Below, one piece after another: positions 38,754 to 49,953 of a stretch of DNA of 64,000 bases; positions within the stretch are counted from its first letter, which is position 1; each line of letters opens with the position of its first letter. Under the pieces are notes generated by a model. The model made no database searches. It worked only from the letters and a program-made list of their open reading frames with translations, and was not told the DNA's origin. The position numbers and the translations under genes are program-made. Origin of the DNA: a bacterium (GTDB lineage Bacteria > Zhuqueibacterota > Zhuqueibacteria > Residuimicrobiales > Krinioviventaceae); assembly GCA_963675755.2 (NCBI GenBank), contig CAXXMD010000003.1, forward strand, positions 1,152,001 through 1,216,000, given 5' to 3'.

Positions 38754-40547
38754 ATGCGCAAAACAAAAATCATATGTACTATGGGTCCGGCTGTTAGCAG
38801 TGTCGATATCATGAAACAACTCTTGATATCCGGAATGAACATTGCCCGATTCAACTTTTCTCATGGTGATCATGACTATCACAAGAATAATATGGATATG
38901 TTGAGAGAAGCCAGCCGTCAAACGTCTATACCCGTAGCATTGTTACTGGATACAAAAGGGCCGGAAATTCGTACCGGTGTTGTCAAAGATGATAAAAAAA
39001 TCAATCTTGAAAGAGGAAAACATATAATCCTGACAACCGAAGAGATTGAAGGCACTGCTGAACGACTCAGTATTTCGTACAAAGCCCTGCCCGGTGAAAT
39101 ATCCGCAGGCAAGCATATATATATTGCAGATGGACTTGTAGACCTGGAAGTAGAAAAAGTCTCTAATTACGATATCCATTGTATCATCCGGAGTGGTGCA
39201 GAAATTGGCAGCCGTAAAAATGTCAATGTAGTTGGTGTAAGAACATCTCTGCCGGCAATTACAGAAAAAGATATCAAAGACATTATGTTTGGTATTGAAA
39301 ACCAGGTGGATTTTATAGCGGCATCCTTTGTGCGTAAACCCAGCGATATTAAAGAAATTCGCGGCATTATAGACATCTGTGATGTAGACATTGATATTAT
39401 TGCCAAAGTTGAAGATCAGGAGGGGCTGGATAATATTGACGAGATCATCCGGGTAGCAAATGGAGTTATGGTAGCCCGTGGTGATCTGGGTGTACAATTA
39501 CCTCCAGAAGAAATTCCTCTGGTGCAAAAACGTATTATCCGCAAATGCAACATGCATAACAAACCCGTTATTGTTGCCACCCAAATGCTCGACTCTATGA
39601 TAGACAATCCCTCACCCACTCGGGCAGAGGTAACAGACGTAGCTAACGCGATCATGGACGGTACCGACGCAATCATGCTTTCGGGAGAGACTGCGAGCGG
39701 CAAGTACCCCAGCAAAACGGTAGAAATGATGAACAAAATTGCATTGCAGATAGAAAGTTCAGCTGAATACAAATCCCGTCAACGTGAATGCGTCAAGCTG
39801 CCCATGCAAAACAACATGGCAGATACCGTAGCCAGATCAGCATACTTTACCGCCAAAGATATTGGCGCAAATGCTATTGTTACTCCTTCACTTCATGGAA
39901 ACACGCCAAAGCTAATTAGTAAATACAGACCAGACCAGTACATACTTGCAGTTACACCCTATGAACATGTTAGAAGGAAATTACTTTTGTATTGGGGTGT
40001 TTATTCAATCATCTCGGAAGTTACAAGCGATGCCGATTCAATGCTGGAAAACGCTATAGATAAAGGATTAAAAAATGATTTATTGAATCCATTTGACAAG
40101 CTTGTTATTCTTGCCGGTGTTCCTCTCAACTCGCCAATCATGCTAAATACCATACGCGTACATCTGATAGCCAATGTTTTGGGTAAAAGTCTACGCGGTT
40201 ATGGTAAAACCATTTCCGGTAAAATTGTCAAAGTCAAAGATGTACTTGAAGCCAAAGAGCGAATTACAGGAGATGGTACAGAAATTCTGCTGGCAAAATA
40301 TATTGATGAATTGTACAAACCCATTCTAACAAAAATCAAAGGCTATATACTGGAAGAATTTTCTTCCATCAGTTGGGAAGAGATACACAGTATTAATCCG
40401 GAACTTGTTGCCCTTGCCGGAGCATATAAAGCGACGGAAACCCTCAAAGACGGACAAATGGTAACCCTTGATGGTGAAGAAAAACTCGTATTTGAAGGTG
40501 TTGCCCGTGTTAAACACAAAGAGGAAAAACCAACTGATGAAAATTAA
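38754..40547 (+). CDS. pyk: Pyruvate kinase with extra C-terminal swivel-like domain
   Basis: MRKTKIICTMGP, RFNFSHG, DTKGPEIR, MVARGDLG, ATQMLDSM, MLSGETA. Confidence 0.97.
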   Translation: MRKTKIICTMGPAVSSVDIMKQLLISGMNIARFNFSHGDHDYHKNNMDMLREASRQTSIPVALLLDTKGPEIRTGVVKDDKKINLERGKHIILTTEEIEGTAERLSISYKALPGEISAGKHIYIADGLVDLEVEKVSNYDIHCIIRSGAEIGSRKNVNVVGVRTSLPAITEKDIKDIMFGIENQVDFIAASFVRKPSDIKEIRGIIDICDVDIDIIAKVEDQEGLDNIDEIIRVANGVMVARGDLGVQLPPEEIPLVQKRIIRKCNMHNKPVIVATQMLDSMIDNPSPTRAEVTDVANAIMDGTDAIMLSGETASGKYPSKTVEMMNKIALQIESSAEYKSRQRECVKLPMQNNMADTVARSAYFTAKDIGANAIVTPSLHGNTPKLISKYRPDQYILAVTPYEHVRRKLLLYWGVYSIISEVTSDADSMLENAIDKGLKNDLLNPFDKLVILAGVPLNSPIMLNTIRVHLIANVLGKSLRGYGKTISGKIVKVKDVLEAKERITGDGTEILLAKYIDELYKPILTKIKGYILEEFSSISWEEIHSINPELVALAGAYKATETLKDGQMVTLDGEEKLVFEGVARVKHKEEKPTDEN

Positions 40548-40983
40548 TGACTATATTACCAAAGAAACCATATTCTTTTTAAACAGCACAGATAAACATG
40601 GCGTACTGAACGAACTGATCAACTCTTCCAAAATTCTGGATGAGCAAAAACGTATTCAGTTCAAACGAGCAATTGATGAAAGAGAGTCTTTGCTCAGTAC
40701 AGGTATAGGCTTGGGTGTTGCAATTCCCCATGCAACAATTCCGGACTGCAAAGACTTTATTATTCTCACCGGATTACTCAAATCTCCGGTAGAATGGGAA
40801 TCCATAGACAAAGCTCCTGTTTCCATCGTTTTTCTTATTGGAGTTCCCCCAAACTCGCACACACAATATTTAAAATTACTATCCCAACTTATGTTAATTG
40901 TTAAAAACAATGAAAAAAGAGAATGCCTGCTAAATGCTGATAACGATGATAAATTGATCCAATGTTTCAATGATCAATTCTAA
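40537..40983 (+). CDS. PTS EIIA (fructose/nitrogen-regulatory type) domain protein
   Basis: ERE...STGIGLGVAIPHA phospho-His motif; start at ATG 40537 overlaps the end of pyk. Confidence 0.9.
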   Translation: MKINDYITKETIFFLNSTDKHGVLNELINSSKILDEQKRIQFKRAIDERESLLSTGIGLGVAIPHATIPDCKDFIILTGLLKSPVEWESIDKAPVSIVFLIGVPPNSHTQYLKLLSQLMLIVKNNEKRECLLNADNDDKLIQCFNDQF

Positions 40984-41004
40984 TTGCAATAACCGGACAA
41001 TAAA

Positions 41005-42996
41005 ATGAAGTTTAATACAAAACGGACTACCTATATCTCTGGATTAATAGTTATAATATCAATTATTTATCTGTTATTTGCCATATATATGGATGTAAAA
41101 AAAAGAACAATTGAAGACTTTAACAATCATCAAACATTATTAGCAGAGCAAGCAGCAAAGGGAATTCAGGAATATATAGGATATTATCATCGAGAGTTGA
41201 CCAATTATTCTAAAATCCTCCCAATAATGAAATTTGACTCTTTTACCAATTTTATTTTTGAACACTATTATAAAATAAACGAAAACATTATCCTCACGAT
41301 ATCCAGAATAGATGCGGATGGCAAGCTTGCATTTACATATCCTCCGAATGATAGCGCAATAGGGTCAGACCTAACCTATCAGGAACATATACAAACACTC
41401 ATGAAAACCCATCAACCGGTTGTAAGCGAAGTTTTTACCGCTGTTCAAGGGTACAGATGTATTGCATATCATGTTCCGGTAATGGATGGAGACACTTTTG
41501 CAGGCAGTATCGCTGTATTGATTCCCTTTGAAGAAATTGCAAATAATTTCCTGGAAAATTTACAAAACAAAAAAGACAGCAATGTATGGATGATCAGTGA
41601 ACAAGGGACTGAATTATATTGCAAACACAAAGAGCATGTCGGTACTTTGCTAACCAGTCATCCTGATCAAAGTCCCTCTTTTTTAAAAATAGTTGAGAAA
41701 ATGAAAAATGGTGAAAAGGGCTCATCAGATTATTTTGATTCAGAAACCAACGAAAAAATGTTGGTTTCATATACTCCTATTCATATAGCAAATAAAACCT
41801 GGTCCATTTCAATAGCAAGTAGTGAAAACCATGTGCTTTCTCCTCTTAAAAGCTTTCAGCACAAAATGATCTTAATCGCAGGTATTCTCTTTATATTGGG
41901 TATTGTATATACATATTATCTGATTGGAGCGGTTAAATTTGTTAAAGAAGAAGAAAAGAGATTACGTATAGAACAAGCCCTACAAGTCAGTGAAACAAAA
42001 TTTCAGGAAATGGCCAAATTATTACCTCAAATTGTATATGAAACAGATATTACGGGAAAACTCACTTTTGTTAATGAACAGGCATTTCTCAAGTTTGGTT
42101 ACAGCCTGGATGAATTCAAAGCCGGACTCAATGTTATAGATATGATTATTGAGGGAGATCGTCAAAAAGCAGCCTCTAACATGAAAAATATTTTTCAAAG
42201 CAACAGTATTGGTAATGACCATGAATATACTGCAGTTAGAAAAGACGGATCATTCATGCCTGTTTTGATCTATTCAAGTCCTATTATTATTAACAATAAA
42301 CCAACCGGTATGAGAGGAATAATAGTAGATATAACGGATCGTAAAAATTATGAAGATCAGATCCAAAAAAGTCTCAAAGAAAAAGAGGTCTTGCTTAAAG
42401 AGATCCATCATCGTGTAAAAAACAATCTCAACGTTATATCAAGCCTTTTGACATTACAGGCATCTAAAATAACCAATAAAGATCAGGCCTTGACAGCCTT
42501 TAAAGAAAGCCGCAACCGGATATATTCTATCGCCCTGGTTCATGAACAATTGTATAAAACAGATGACTTTTCCAGGATCGATATGAAAATCTATATACAA
42601 AACATTTCCCGGGAAATTAAATTTATTTATGCCCCGGAAAAAGAGATCAATTACGATCTACACATTAACGACATTTTGCTCGATGTAAACCATGCAATCC
42701 CATGTGGTCTGATTCTGAATGAACTGATCACCAACGCTTTTAAACATGCCTTTCCCGATACAGAATCAGGAAATATTTCAATATGGTTTGAATCTGTAAA
42801 TGAAAATGGGTATGAAATTCGCGTCAAAGACAATGGAATTGGTCTTCTTAAAGATATGGATATTAATAATATTGAATCCTTAGGTCTAAATCTTGTCACG
42901 GTACTGGCAAAACAAATTGATGGTGAAATTGAAATAGAACGCAATGAGGGTACAACTTTTGTAATAAGGTTTAATCTTGATACAACACAAACTTGA
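41005..42996 (+). CDS. Sensor histidine kinase (dCache, PAS, HisKA_2, HATPase)
   Basis: Two TM segments; EIHHRVKNNL; NELITNAFKHAF; DNGIG. Confidence 0.92.
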   Translation: MKFNTKRTTYISGLIVIISIIYLLFAIYMDVKKRTIEDFNNHQTLLAEQAAKGIQEYIGYYHRELTNYSKILPIMKFDSFTNFIFEHYYKINENIILTISRIDADGKLAFTYPPNDSAIGSDLTYQEHIQTLMKTHQPVVSEVFTAVQGYRCIAYHVPVMDGDTFAGSIAVLIPFEEIANNFLENLQNKKDSNVWMISEQGTELYCKHKEHVGTLLTSHPDQSPSFLKIVEKMKNGEKGSSDYFDSETNEKMLVSYTPIHIANKTWSISIASSENHVLSPLKSFQHKMILIAGILFILGIVYTYYLIGAVKFVKEEEKRLRIEQALQVSETKFQEMAKLLPQIVYETDITGKLTFVNEQAFLKFGYSLDEFKAGLNVIDMIIEGDRQKAASNMKNIFQSNSIGNDHEYTAVRKDGSFMPVLIYSSPIIINNKPTGMRGIIVDITDRKNYEDQIQKSLKEKEVLLKEIHHRVKNNLNVISSLLTLQASKITNKDQALTAFKESRNRIYSIALVHEQLYKTDDFSRIDMKIYIQNISREIKFIYAPEKEINYDLHINDILLDVNHAIPCGLILNELITNAFKHAFPDTESGNISIWFESVNENGYEIRVKDNGIGLLKDMDINNIESLGLNLVTVLAKQIDGEIEIERNEGTTFVIRFNLDTTQT

Positions 42997-43056
42997 TGAA
43001 ATATAAAACAAGGTATGTTGGTATGAGTTCAGAATTTGACATACCTTGCAGTATTT

Positions 43057-44025
43057 TTACAACAACTCTTTATCTCTCTGTTTCAATAATCTATCAATTT
43101 CATCAATATCATTTTCCGACAACTCCCAATCACCTGCCGGTACAATCCCTTCTATCTGATCAGGTCTGCGGGCGCCCACAATAGCAGCAGTCATTTCAGG
43201 ACGTCTCAACGTCCATGCAATAGCTAAATGCAAAACCGACTTACCATTGCGTTCGGCAATGACCTTTAATCCTTCTACCAGATTCAGATTTGCGGTCAAT
43301 TGCGGTTCCTTAAAACGCGGATCACGACTACGGTGATCATTTTCATCAAAAGCCTCAACCCGTTCACGGGTCATTTTTCCCGTTAACAATCCTTTATACA
43401 TGGGACTGTAACAGATCATGCCAATATTCTCTTCACCACAATAGGGCATAATCTCTTTTTCGATATCTCTTACCAGCATGCTATAAGGTGGCTGTAAAGA
43501 AATCACCGGGTGAATGGCTTGAACGCGCTGCAATTGTGATTTGCTGAAATTGGAGGTGCCGGCATAACGGACTTTACCTTCCTCAATCAACTCTGCAATG
43601 GCGGTCCAGCCCTCTTCCAAATCTTCATCCGGTACCGGCCAGTGGACTTGATAAACGTCAATCACTTCAATTCCCAAACGACGCAAACTGTCCTCACACT
43701 CTTTTTTAACACTCACTTTTTTCAGATTGTGGCCAATTTCCCGTTTGTCGTTCCAGGTTCGTGCGCATTTGGTAAACACATATGGTCTTTCACTCATTTC
43801 TTTTAACGCTTTACCCACAACAGTTTCAGAATGGCCCAGACCATAAACCGCGGCTGTATCAAGCCAGTTGATTCCGCTGTCAACAGCTTTATGAATAGTT
43901 TGGATCGATTCACGGTCTTCCTGACTTCCCCAGCCATATTCCCAATCCGGTCCGCCTATTGCCCAGGTCCCCAATCCGATAACAGATATATCCAGATCAG
44001 AGTTGCCCAAAGTTCTATATTTCAT
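43057..44025 (-). CDS. Aldo/keto reductase
   Basis: IGLGTWAIGG, DTAAVYG, YQVHWP, GTSNF, QPPYS. Confidence 0.93.
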   Translation of the reverse strand: MKYRTLGNSDLDISVIGLGTWAIGGPDWEYGWGSQEDRESIQTIHKAVDSGINWLDTAAVYGLGHSETVVGKALKEMSERPYVFTKCARTWNDKREIGHNLKKVSVKKECEDSLRRLGIEVIDVYQVHWPVPDEDLEEGWTAIAELIEEGKVRYAGTSNFSKSQLQRVQAIHPVISLQPPYSMLVRDIEKEIMPYCGEENIGMICYSPMYKGLLTGKMTRERVEAFDENDHRSRDPRFKEPQLTANLNLVEGLKVIAERNGKSVLHLAIAWTLRRPEMTAAIVGARRPDQIEGIVPAGDWELSENDIDEIDRLLKQRDKELL

Positions 44026-44119
44026 ATTTTTATCCTAATGTTCATTTAACTTGCATTTTGAAGTAGCTATTTGTATAATTTATCATTAAACCTGAAAAAT
44101 ACAAACTATTGGTTCACAT

Positions 44120-45484
44120 TTGAAAAAATTTATATTACAAATAATAGAGATATTAAAATCGCTTAAACAATTTTTTATCCACGATCTTTGGGTATTGGAT
44201 TTCAGCAAAATCTCTCGCGCCAGAGCATTGGGGTACCACCAACTATTGGTAGTCTTTTTGGTGGGACGCGCATTCATTCAAGACAGACTGTTGGTACGGG
44301 CATCGGCGTTGGTATATGCCACACTGCTTTCCATAGTACCTTTGTTAGCAGTAATGTTCTCTTTGTTAAAGGGATTCGGATACCACAACAAGCTTAAACC
44401 TGCACTTGAGCAATTGTTCAGCCCTTTAGGTAAGGAGGCTGTAGAAACCATAGTTAAAAACATTGTTGATTTTGTCAACCATGTCAATGTTGGCGCGTTG
44501 GGAACCGTAGGATTTTTGTTATTGTTTCTCTCGGTTCTTTCTATTGTCAACAATATTGAACGTGCATTTAATGATGTTTGGAAGATACGTCAGGTACGCA
44601 GCATTCATCGCCGTTTTACCGATTATCTGAGCGTGCTGATGCTGGGACCGTTGCTGGTCTTTGCATTTCTAGGTGTAACGGCTTCAATGCAAAGCCTGTT
44701 CATAGTACAGGCTATCAATAAAATACCGGGTGTTCCCTTTGTCCTTAACAAAACACTACCAATACTGATCACCTGGTTGTTTTTTTATTTTATCATCTCA
44801 TATGTACCCAACACCAAAGTCAAAACCGGATCTGCATTAATGGGCGCAATAGTGGGCGGTAGCTTGTGGATGATTTCTAATTATTTCTTTGCGCATTTTA
44901 TTGTTTCTTCTTATCAGTTTGGTGCCAAAGCTGCGGTATATGCTGGCTTTGCCACATTACCGCTTTTTCTGGTTTGGATGTTCATGAGTTGGGCCATTGT
45001 ATTATTGGGCGTTGAAGTCTCTTATGTAAATCAAAATGTAAACAAGATCACCTGGGAACTGCGTGATACCAATTACAGTCATAATATTAAAACCCAAACC
45101 GCGCTCAAGATCATGTTGTTGGTCTCTGAACGTTTTTATCTCGGGGAAAAAGCACCATCTGCTCATGATATAACAGATACATTCAACATTCCTGAACCGC
45201 TAACCAGTGAATTGCTGAACATGCTTAGCGAACAAAAGTTGATCAATGTCATTGACAGCATACCTTCTGCTTATGCACCGGCAAAAAGTCTAGACAAGAT
45301 GCAAATATCAGAGATAATTCAGCAAATCAACAATTTTGGTACAAACCGATTGCACAATGAACAGGAATCTCAATTCGATAAAACTGTTACTTCTCTAACG
45401 AATACTTTTCTGAATACGTGCAGAAAATCTTTTAATGAAAAAACACTGTTAGATATTTTAAAGGAAAAAGAAGCGAACTCTTAA
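44120..45484 (+). CDS. YihY/BrkB-family inner-membrane protein with C-terminal HTH
   Basis: RASALVYATLLSIVP, IERAFNDVW, YAGFATLPLFLVW. Confidence 0.9.
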   Translation: MKKFILQIIEILKSLKQFFIHDLWVLDFSKISRARALGYHQLLVVFLVGRAFIQDRLLVRASALVYATLLSIVPLLAVMFSLLKGFGYHNKLKPALEQLFSPLGKEAVETIVKNIVDFVNHVNVGALGTVGFLLLFLSVLSIVNNIERAFNDVWKIRQVRSIHRRFTDYLSVLMLGPLLVFAFLGVTASMQSLFIVQAINKIPGVPFVLNKTLPILITWLFFYFIISYVPNTKVKTGSALMGAIVGGSLWMISNYFFAHFIVSSYQFGAKAAVYAGFATLPLFLVWMFMSWAIVLLGVEVSYVNQNVNKITWELRDTNYSHNIKTQTALKIMLLVSERFYLGEKAPSAHDITDTFNIPEPLTSELLNMLSEQKLINVIDSIPSAYAPAKSLDKMQISEIIQQINNFGTNRLHNEQESQFDKTVTSLTNTFLNTCRKSFNEKTLLDILKEKEANS

Positions 45485-45496
45485 CGGAAATACGTC

Positions 45497-47185
45497 ATGA
45501 AAATAGTACCTGTAGTTTTCGTGTTGTTGTTGTCCGCAGTATGTTATTCAGAGATATTTTTATCTGAAATTATGTTTAATCCGCAGGGGAATGAACGCTA
45601 CAATGAATTTATTGAACTCTATAATTCAAGTCGATCAGAAACAATAGATCTCAATGGCTGGCTGATTGGCGATGCCGATCGCACCAGTTGTTTACTTGCG
45701 TATAATGAACATACCTTACTGGCCCCGGGCCAGTTTGCCCTTGTGCTGGTTGAAAACTATTTTATCAACAGTACCGAATATGACAATCAAATTCCTCAAG
45801 ACTGTCTGATTCTTACCATTAATCACTCACAGATTGGTGCCTATGGTCTGTCAAATACCAGAGCAGAGACTGTATTTTTGTACAAACCCGACAGTACCAT
45901 GATAGATTCGTTTCAATATACAATCCCCAATGATGATGGAATTTCAGAAGAACGAATACGGTATGATCAAAATAGTTGGGGGCACAGCACGGAAATGAAC
46001 GGTACACCCGGTTATAAAAACTCTATTGCGCTCAAAGCCATAGATCCTGCTATTGTTAAAGGATCCCTAAACATGCTGCCCAATCCCCCTCTCTCCGGCC
46101 AACCCCTTAATCTTGAAATAACCGTTACAAACAAAGGCGCACAGACAATAGATGCTGCGGAGCTGGTGTTCTCATGGTCATACCACCAGGAGGGACCATA
46201 TCAAAACATCAAAGACGAAATTATCTTTTCAATGTTGGAACCGGATGAATCCGCAACACTTGGATTAGAGTGGACTGATTTTCCGAATGGCATTTTCTAT
46301 GTGACAGCTGAGCTGGAATGCGACAGTGATGAAAATCCGGATAATAATCTTGACTCACTACAGATTATTGGAGGATATCCAAGAGGCTCTGTCATTGTAA
46401 ATGAGATCATGTACTCGCCGCAACCGGATATGCCTGAGTGGTTTGAAATCTATAACACCAGCCAAATAGATATCAATCTGCAAAACTGGATGTATTATGA
46501 CAATCAGGGAGATGTAAAAACATTCACCCATACACCGTTTTGGCTTCCCTCTCAAAGCTTTGCGGTCATTGCAGATGACAGCACAATCGTGCCCTTTTTA
46601 TCTCAGGAAACAAACGTTCTGGTTCCTTTATCATTTCCGGGCCTTGTTAATGACGCTGACAGCATAGTATTGCGAGATGCCACCGGCTCACTTGTTGAAT
46701 ATGTGGAATATTTCGAATCCTGGGGTGGCGCCAAAGGAATTTCACTGGAACGGTTGAATCCGGGCTCGGAGAGCAACGAATACAAAAACTGGAAAAGCTG
46801 TGTAAATACAAACGGCCACACTGCGGGTTTGCCCAACAGTATTTATACAGATGTATTGCCAACTGCAACGAGTATAAAGATATCTCCAAGTCCGTTTTCT
46901 CCTGATGGTGATGGGTACCAGGATTTTGCTGGAATCAATTACAACCTGCCCGAGCATGCCTCAAAAATCAATATCCGTATTTTTGACAGCGTCGGCAGAC
47001 AAGTCAGGTATTTATGCAACAATGAGAGTTGTGCCGCTCAAGGCACAGTCTTTTGGGATGGTCTGGATGACGAAGGTATATGCTGTAGAATGGGTATTTA
47101 TATTGTACTATTGGAGTGCATTGAAACAGGTAAGGGAATTGCTGAAAAGCAAACCGGTACTTTGGTTTTAGCAAGAAACCTGTAA
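45497..47185 (+). CDS. Secreted lamin-tail-domain protein with CARDB-like and FlgD-like domains
   Basis: Two SEIMFNP/NEIMYSP...EFIELYN modules, GTPG.KNS, FSPDGDG...WDG. Confidence 0.85.
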   Translation: MKIVPVVFVLLLSAVCYSEIFLSEIMFNPQGNERYNEFIELYNSSRSETIDLNGWLIGDADRTSCLLAYNEHTLLAPGQFALVLVENYFINSTEYDNQIPQDCLILTINHSQIGAYGLSNTRAETVFLYKPDSTMIDSFQYTIPNDDGISEERIRYDQNSWGHSTEMNGTPGYKNSIALKAIDPAIVKGSLNMLPNPPLSGQPLNLEITVTNKGAQTIDAAELVFSWSYHQEGPYQNIKDEIIFSMLEPDESATLGLEWTDFPNGIFYVTAELECDSDENPDNNLDSLQIIGGYPRGSVIVNEIMYSPQPDMPEWFEIYNTSQIDINLQNWMYYDNQGDVKTFTHTPFWLPSQSFAVIADDSTIVPFLSQETNVLVPLSFPGLVNDADSIVLRDATGSLVEYVEYFESWGGAKGISLERLNPGSESNEYKNWKSCVNTNGHTAGLPNSIYTDVLPTATSIKISPSPFSPDGDGYQDFAGINYNLPEHASKINIRIFDSVGRQVRYLCNNESCAAQGTVFWDGLDDEGICCRMGIYIVLLECIETGKGIAEKQTGTLVLARNL

Positions 47186-47203
47186 TTCATCGTGAATTAC
47201 GGG

Positions 47204-48127
47204 CTATTCGAGCGAATCCAGCTTTTGCACATTTTTTTCAATCAGCTCCTCAAGACGCAATTCAATAACCTTTTCAAGCGAATCTGTATTAAATTCGTAA
47301 TGATTGTTGTTTAAAAGAGAATCAGGCATGTCAATCAACTCTATAACTGCTTTTAATTCTTTTCCTACTCCGGGTATGTGCTGTAAACCCAGCTTGATCG
47401 CTTGCAGTTGTTTTTCATCTATTTGCTGCTGGTTCCATACAATAATACGTTGCTTTTCAAGGTCATTTAATTTTTCCATTTTATCTGCACGCTGCTGCAT
47501 CATATCGCGCATATTTACATCTATTGTAACCTTTAGGCCGCTGTCTGCACTAAAAAACACCTGGTTTTGCAAATCGCGCATGGTAGAGTCGCTCTCCCAC
47601 AATCGCTGCATTTCTTCATGAAAGAGTTTAATTTCTTTTAAATGTTCTGCAAATTCTTTTTTAGATTCTGGGTCCCATTCCTCATGATCAGGGCGTTTTG
47701 GTGGAAACGGGAAGCGGGGTTTACCGGGCATCATAGGACGCATAGATCGGTCACGTACACCAAGTGGCTGTAAAGAATTATTATTGAGAGAATCCAAGGC
47801 TGCACCATCAAGGAATTGCATAACCAGCTCGGGAGGCAGTCTGTGCTCCATGGAGGTAAAGTTTAAAATACCGGCGGCAACTCGTTCAATCTCTTCCTGT
47901 GGTACCTCATTTTCTTCAGTACGTTTTAAAAATTCATCATACTTTTGCCGCAGTTTATCTTTTTGTTCCCCTTCCGGGTACATTGCAAAAAGATCATCGC
48001 CAAACAGTTCAAGCGTAGTTTTTAAAATATTATCTTTAACAGGCTGATCTTTAACAAGATAATAAAATACGCCTGCTGAAATAATCAGCACAAAAAAGCC
48101 CATTAAAATATTTTTAATAAAAGTCAT
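47204..48127 (-). CDS. Membrane-anchored hypothetical protein
   Basis: N-terminal TM helix; helical acidic body; no family recognised. Confidence 0.7.
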   Translation of the reverse strand: MTFIKNILMGFFVLIISAGVFYYLVKDQPVKDNILKTTLELFGDDLFAMYPEGEQKDKLRQKYDEFLKRTEENEVPQEEIERVAAGILNFTSMEHRLPPELVMQFLDGAALDSLNNNSLQPLGVRDRSMRPMMPGKPRFPFPPKRPDHEEWDPESKKEFAEHLKEIKLFHEEMQRLWESDSTMRDLQNQVFFSADSGLKVTIDVNMRDMMQQRADKMEKLNDLEKQRIIVWNQQQIDEKQLQAIKLGLQHIPGVGKELKAVIELIDMPDSLLNNNHYEFNTDSLEKVIELRLEELIEKNVQKLDSLE

Positions 48128-48193
48128 GAATTACTCCGGCAAGCAAATCTAATTTATAGACGAAAAAGAAGTGAAAATGTTCCACACTTGACT

Positions 48194-49081
48194 TTATGAA
48201 GGAACAATAATTTTCAACGCCTTGGGCACAACAGAAATTTTCAATTCAGTACCTGCATCTACCGGTTCTCCATCGTAATGAAACGGACCAGCTTGTTCTC
48301 TAACTACTGTCAACTCTTTTGTCTGGTAACGGTCATATTTACGGATCTTGTCTATCTTGCCGGTAAAAATTTTGGGTAAATGAAAGATTCCATAGAAAAA
48401 ATTAACCCGGTGCAAAACACAAACATCCAACAGACCGTCTTCAGGATCCGCTTTGGGAGAGATAATGGCTCCTACTCCCCACTGACGCTGGTTGGCAATA
48501 GTAACCAAAAGAGCAGGTACAGCAACCTGTTTACCATCAAATTTCAAAATAAACACTTCGGGTTTATACATGAAAAACTCTCTAAACCCGATATAAAAAT
48601 AAGGTACGGGTCCGCGTATATTTCCTTCGTCAAAGATTTTACCAATAATTGCATCAAACCCCATACCGGTTACAATGAAAAAATACCGGTCCTGGATTTT
48701 CCCTGCATCGATGGTTCTTACTTTACCATCCAGCAATAATTTAGCAGCCTTGTTTGCGGCAAGCGGAATACCCAAATTTCTAGCCAAACCATTACCGGAA
48801 CCAATAGGAATGATTGCAGCCGCAGTATCTGTATGTAAAACACCGGTACAGACTTCATTTGCAGTACCATCTCCACCAATGGCCACTACTACATCGTATC
48901 CATCTTTAGCGGCATCCGATGCAATCTTTTTAGCGTGACCCCGGTATTCAGTTTCCTGAAAATCATATTCAAATTCTGCACCGTGAATGGCAGATTCAAT
49001 AATATTTCGAAAGATCAACGGGCTCTGAATTAATCCCGATTTTGGATTTAAAACAAATTTTACTTTTTTGATATTCAACAT
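48194..49081 (-). CDS. Diacylglycerol-kinase-family lipid kinase (YegS/DgkB-like)
   Basis: NPKSG, GGDGT, PIGSGNGLA, GFDA, DGE. Confidence 0.93.
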   Translation of the reverse strand: MLNIKKVKFVLNPKSGLIQSPLIFRNIIESAIHGAEFEYDFQETEYRGHAKKIASDAAKDGYDVVVAIGGDGTANEVCTGVLHTDTAAAIIPIGSGNGLARNLGIPLAANKAAKLLLDGKVRTIDAGKIQDRYFFIVTGMGFDAIIGKIFDEGNIRGPVPYFYIGFREFFMYKPEVFILKFDGKQVAVPALLVTIANQRQWGVGAIISPKADPEDGLLDVCVLHRVNFFYGIFHLPKIFTGKIDKIRKYDRYQTKELTVVREQAGPFHYDGEPVDAGTELKISVVPKALKIIVPS

Positions 49082-49099
49082 AGCAGCATCCTGGTCCGG

Positions 49100-49867
49100 T
49101 TATGATTGGGATTCATCTTGTTTGCTTGCAGTGACTATCATTAATCCACTGTTAAAATCATATTCCTGGCCTTCAAAGCCTCCATAAACTTGCTCAACTG
49201 TAAAACCGGCCATGTTTAATAAAAGTTCCATTTCATATCTAAAAATATAACGATATTTCATAACCTGCTCTTCAACATTGTCATTTTCCCGATAGGTATT
49301 GTGAATGGTCAACAACTGTTCTATCGGATCATGATCTACCTGCGTTGAAATTGAAACACCAGCTTTGGGATCGGCCAATTCTTCAGGTGCAAAAGATTCC
49401 TGCCACTGCGTTTTTGCCAGCATACTATATAATGGAACAAATAAATCAAAGGCCAAAATCCCGTTGGGCTCCATATGTTCATAAATCCGGTCAAGTGTTT
49501 TGAGTTGATCATCAATATTCAAATTGTGTAAAAAAGCCCGAAAGGGAATAATACAAAGATTAAAGGTTTGATCAAGACTAAACTCTCGCATATCCTGCTG
49601 TTCAAAATGGATTTCAGGAATGACATGCCCGGGCAAAGTATTCTTTTTTTTCTCGGCTATTTCAAGCATTTTATTGGAATTATCAATACCCCAGATAGAA
49701 TGTCCTTCCAGCGCCAGGGGTAATGTTAACCGTCCTGTACCGGCACCAATTTCTAGAATGGGCCCGCCTATCTCACGGGCAACATGCAGATAAAATTCTA
49801 TATCATCATTTTTATGACCATATTCCAAATCATAAAACGATGCAAAACCATCATATTCAGCTTTCAT
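49100..49867 (-). CDS. Class I SAM-dependent methyltransferase
   Basis: LEIGAGTGR, GIDNS, QDMREF. Confidence 0.9.
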   Translation of the reverse strand: MKAEYDGFASFYDLEYGHKNDDIEFYLHVAREIGGPILEIGAGTGRLTLPLALEGHSIWGIDNSNKMLEIAEKKKNTLPGHVIPEIHFEQQDMREFSLDQTFNLCIIPFRAFLHNLNIDDQLKTLDRIYEHMEPNGILAFDLFVPLYSMLAKTQWQESFAPEELADPKAGVSISTQVDHDPIEQLLTIHNTYRENDNVEEQVMKYRYIFRYEMELLLNMAGFTVEQVYGGFEGQEYDFNSGLMIVTASKQDESQS

Positions 49868-49885
49868 AAATTTTCCTATATAAAC

Positions 49886-49926
49886 AAAAAAACCGCTGAT
49901 GTATTATAAAATACAATAACAGCGGT
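49886..49926 (-). terminator. Intrinsic terminator after frr
   Basis: ACCGCTG...CAGCGGT stem followed by a U-tract on the minus strand. Confidence 0.65.
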
Positions 49927-49953
49927 CTTAATACAATCATTCTGAACGATAAA

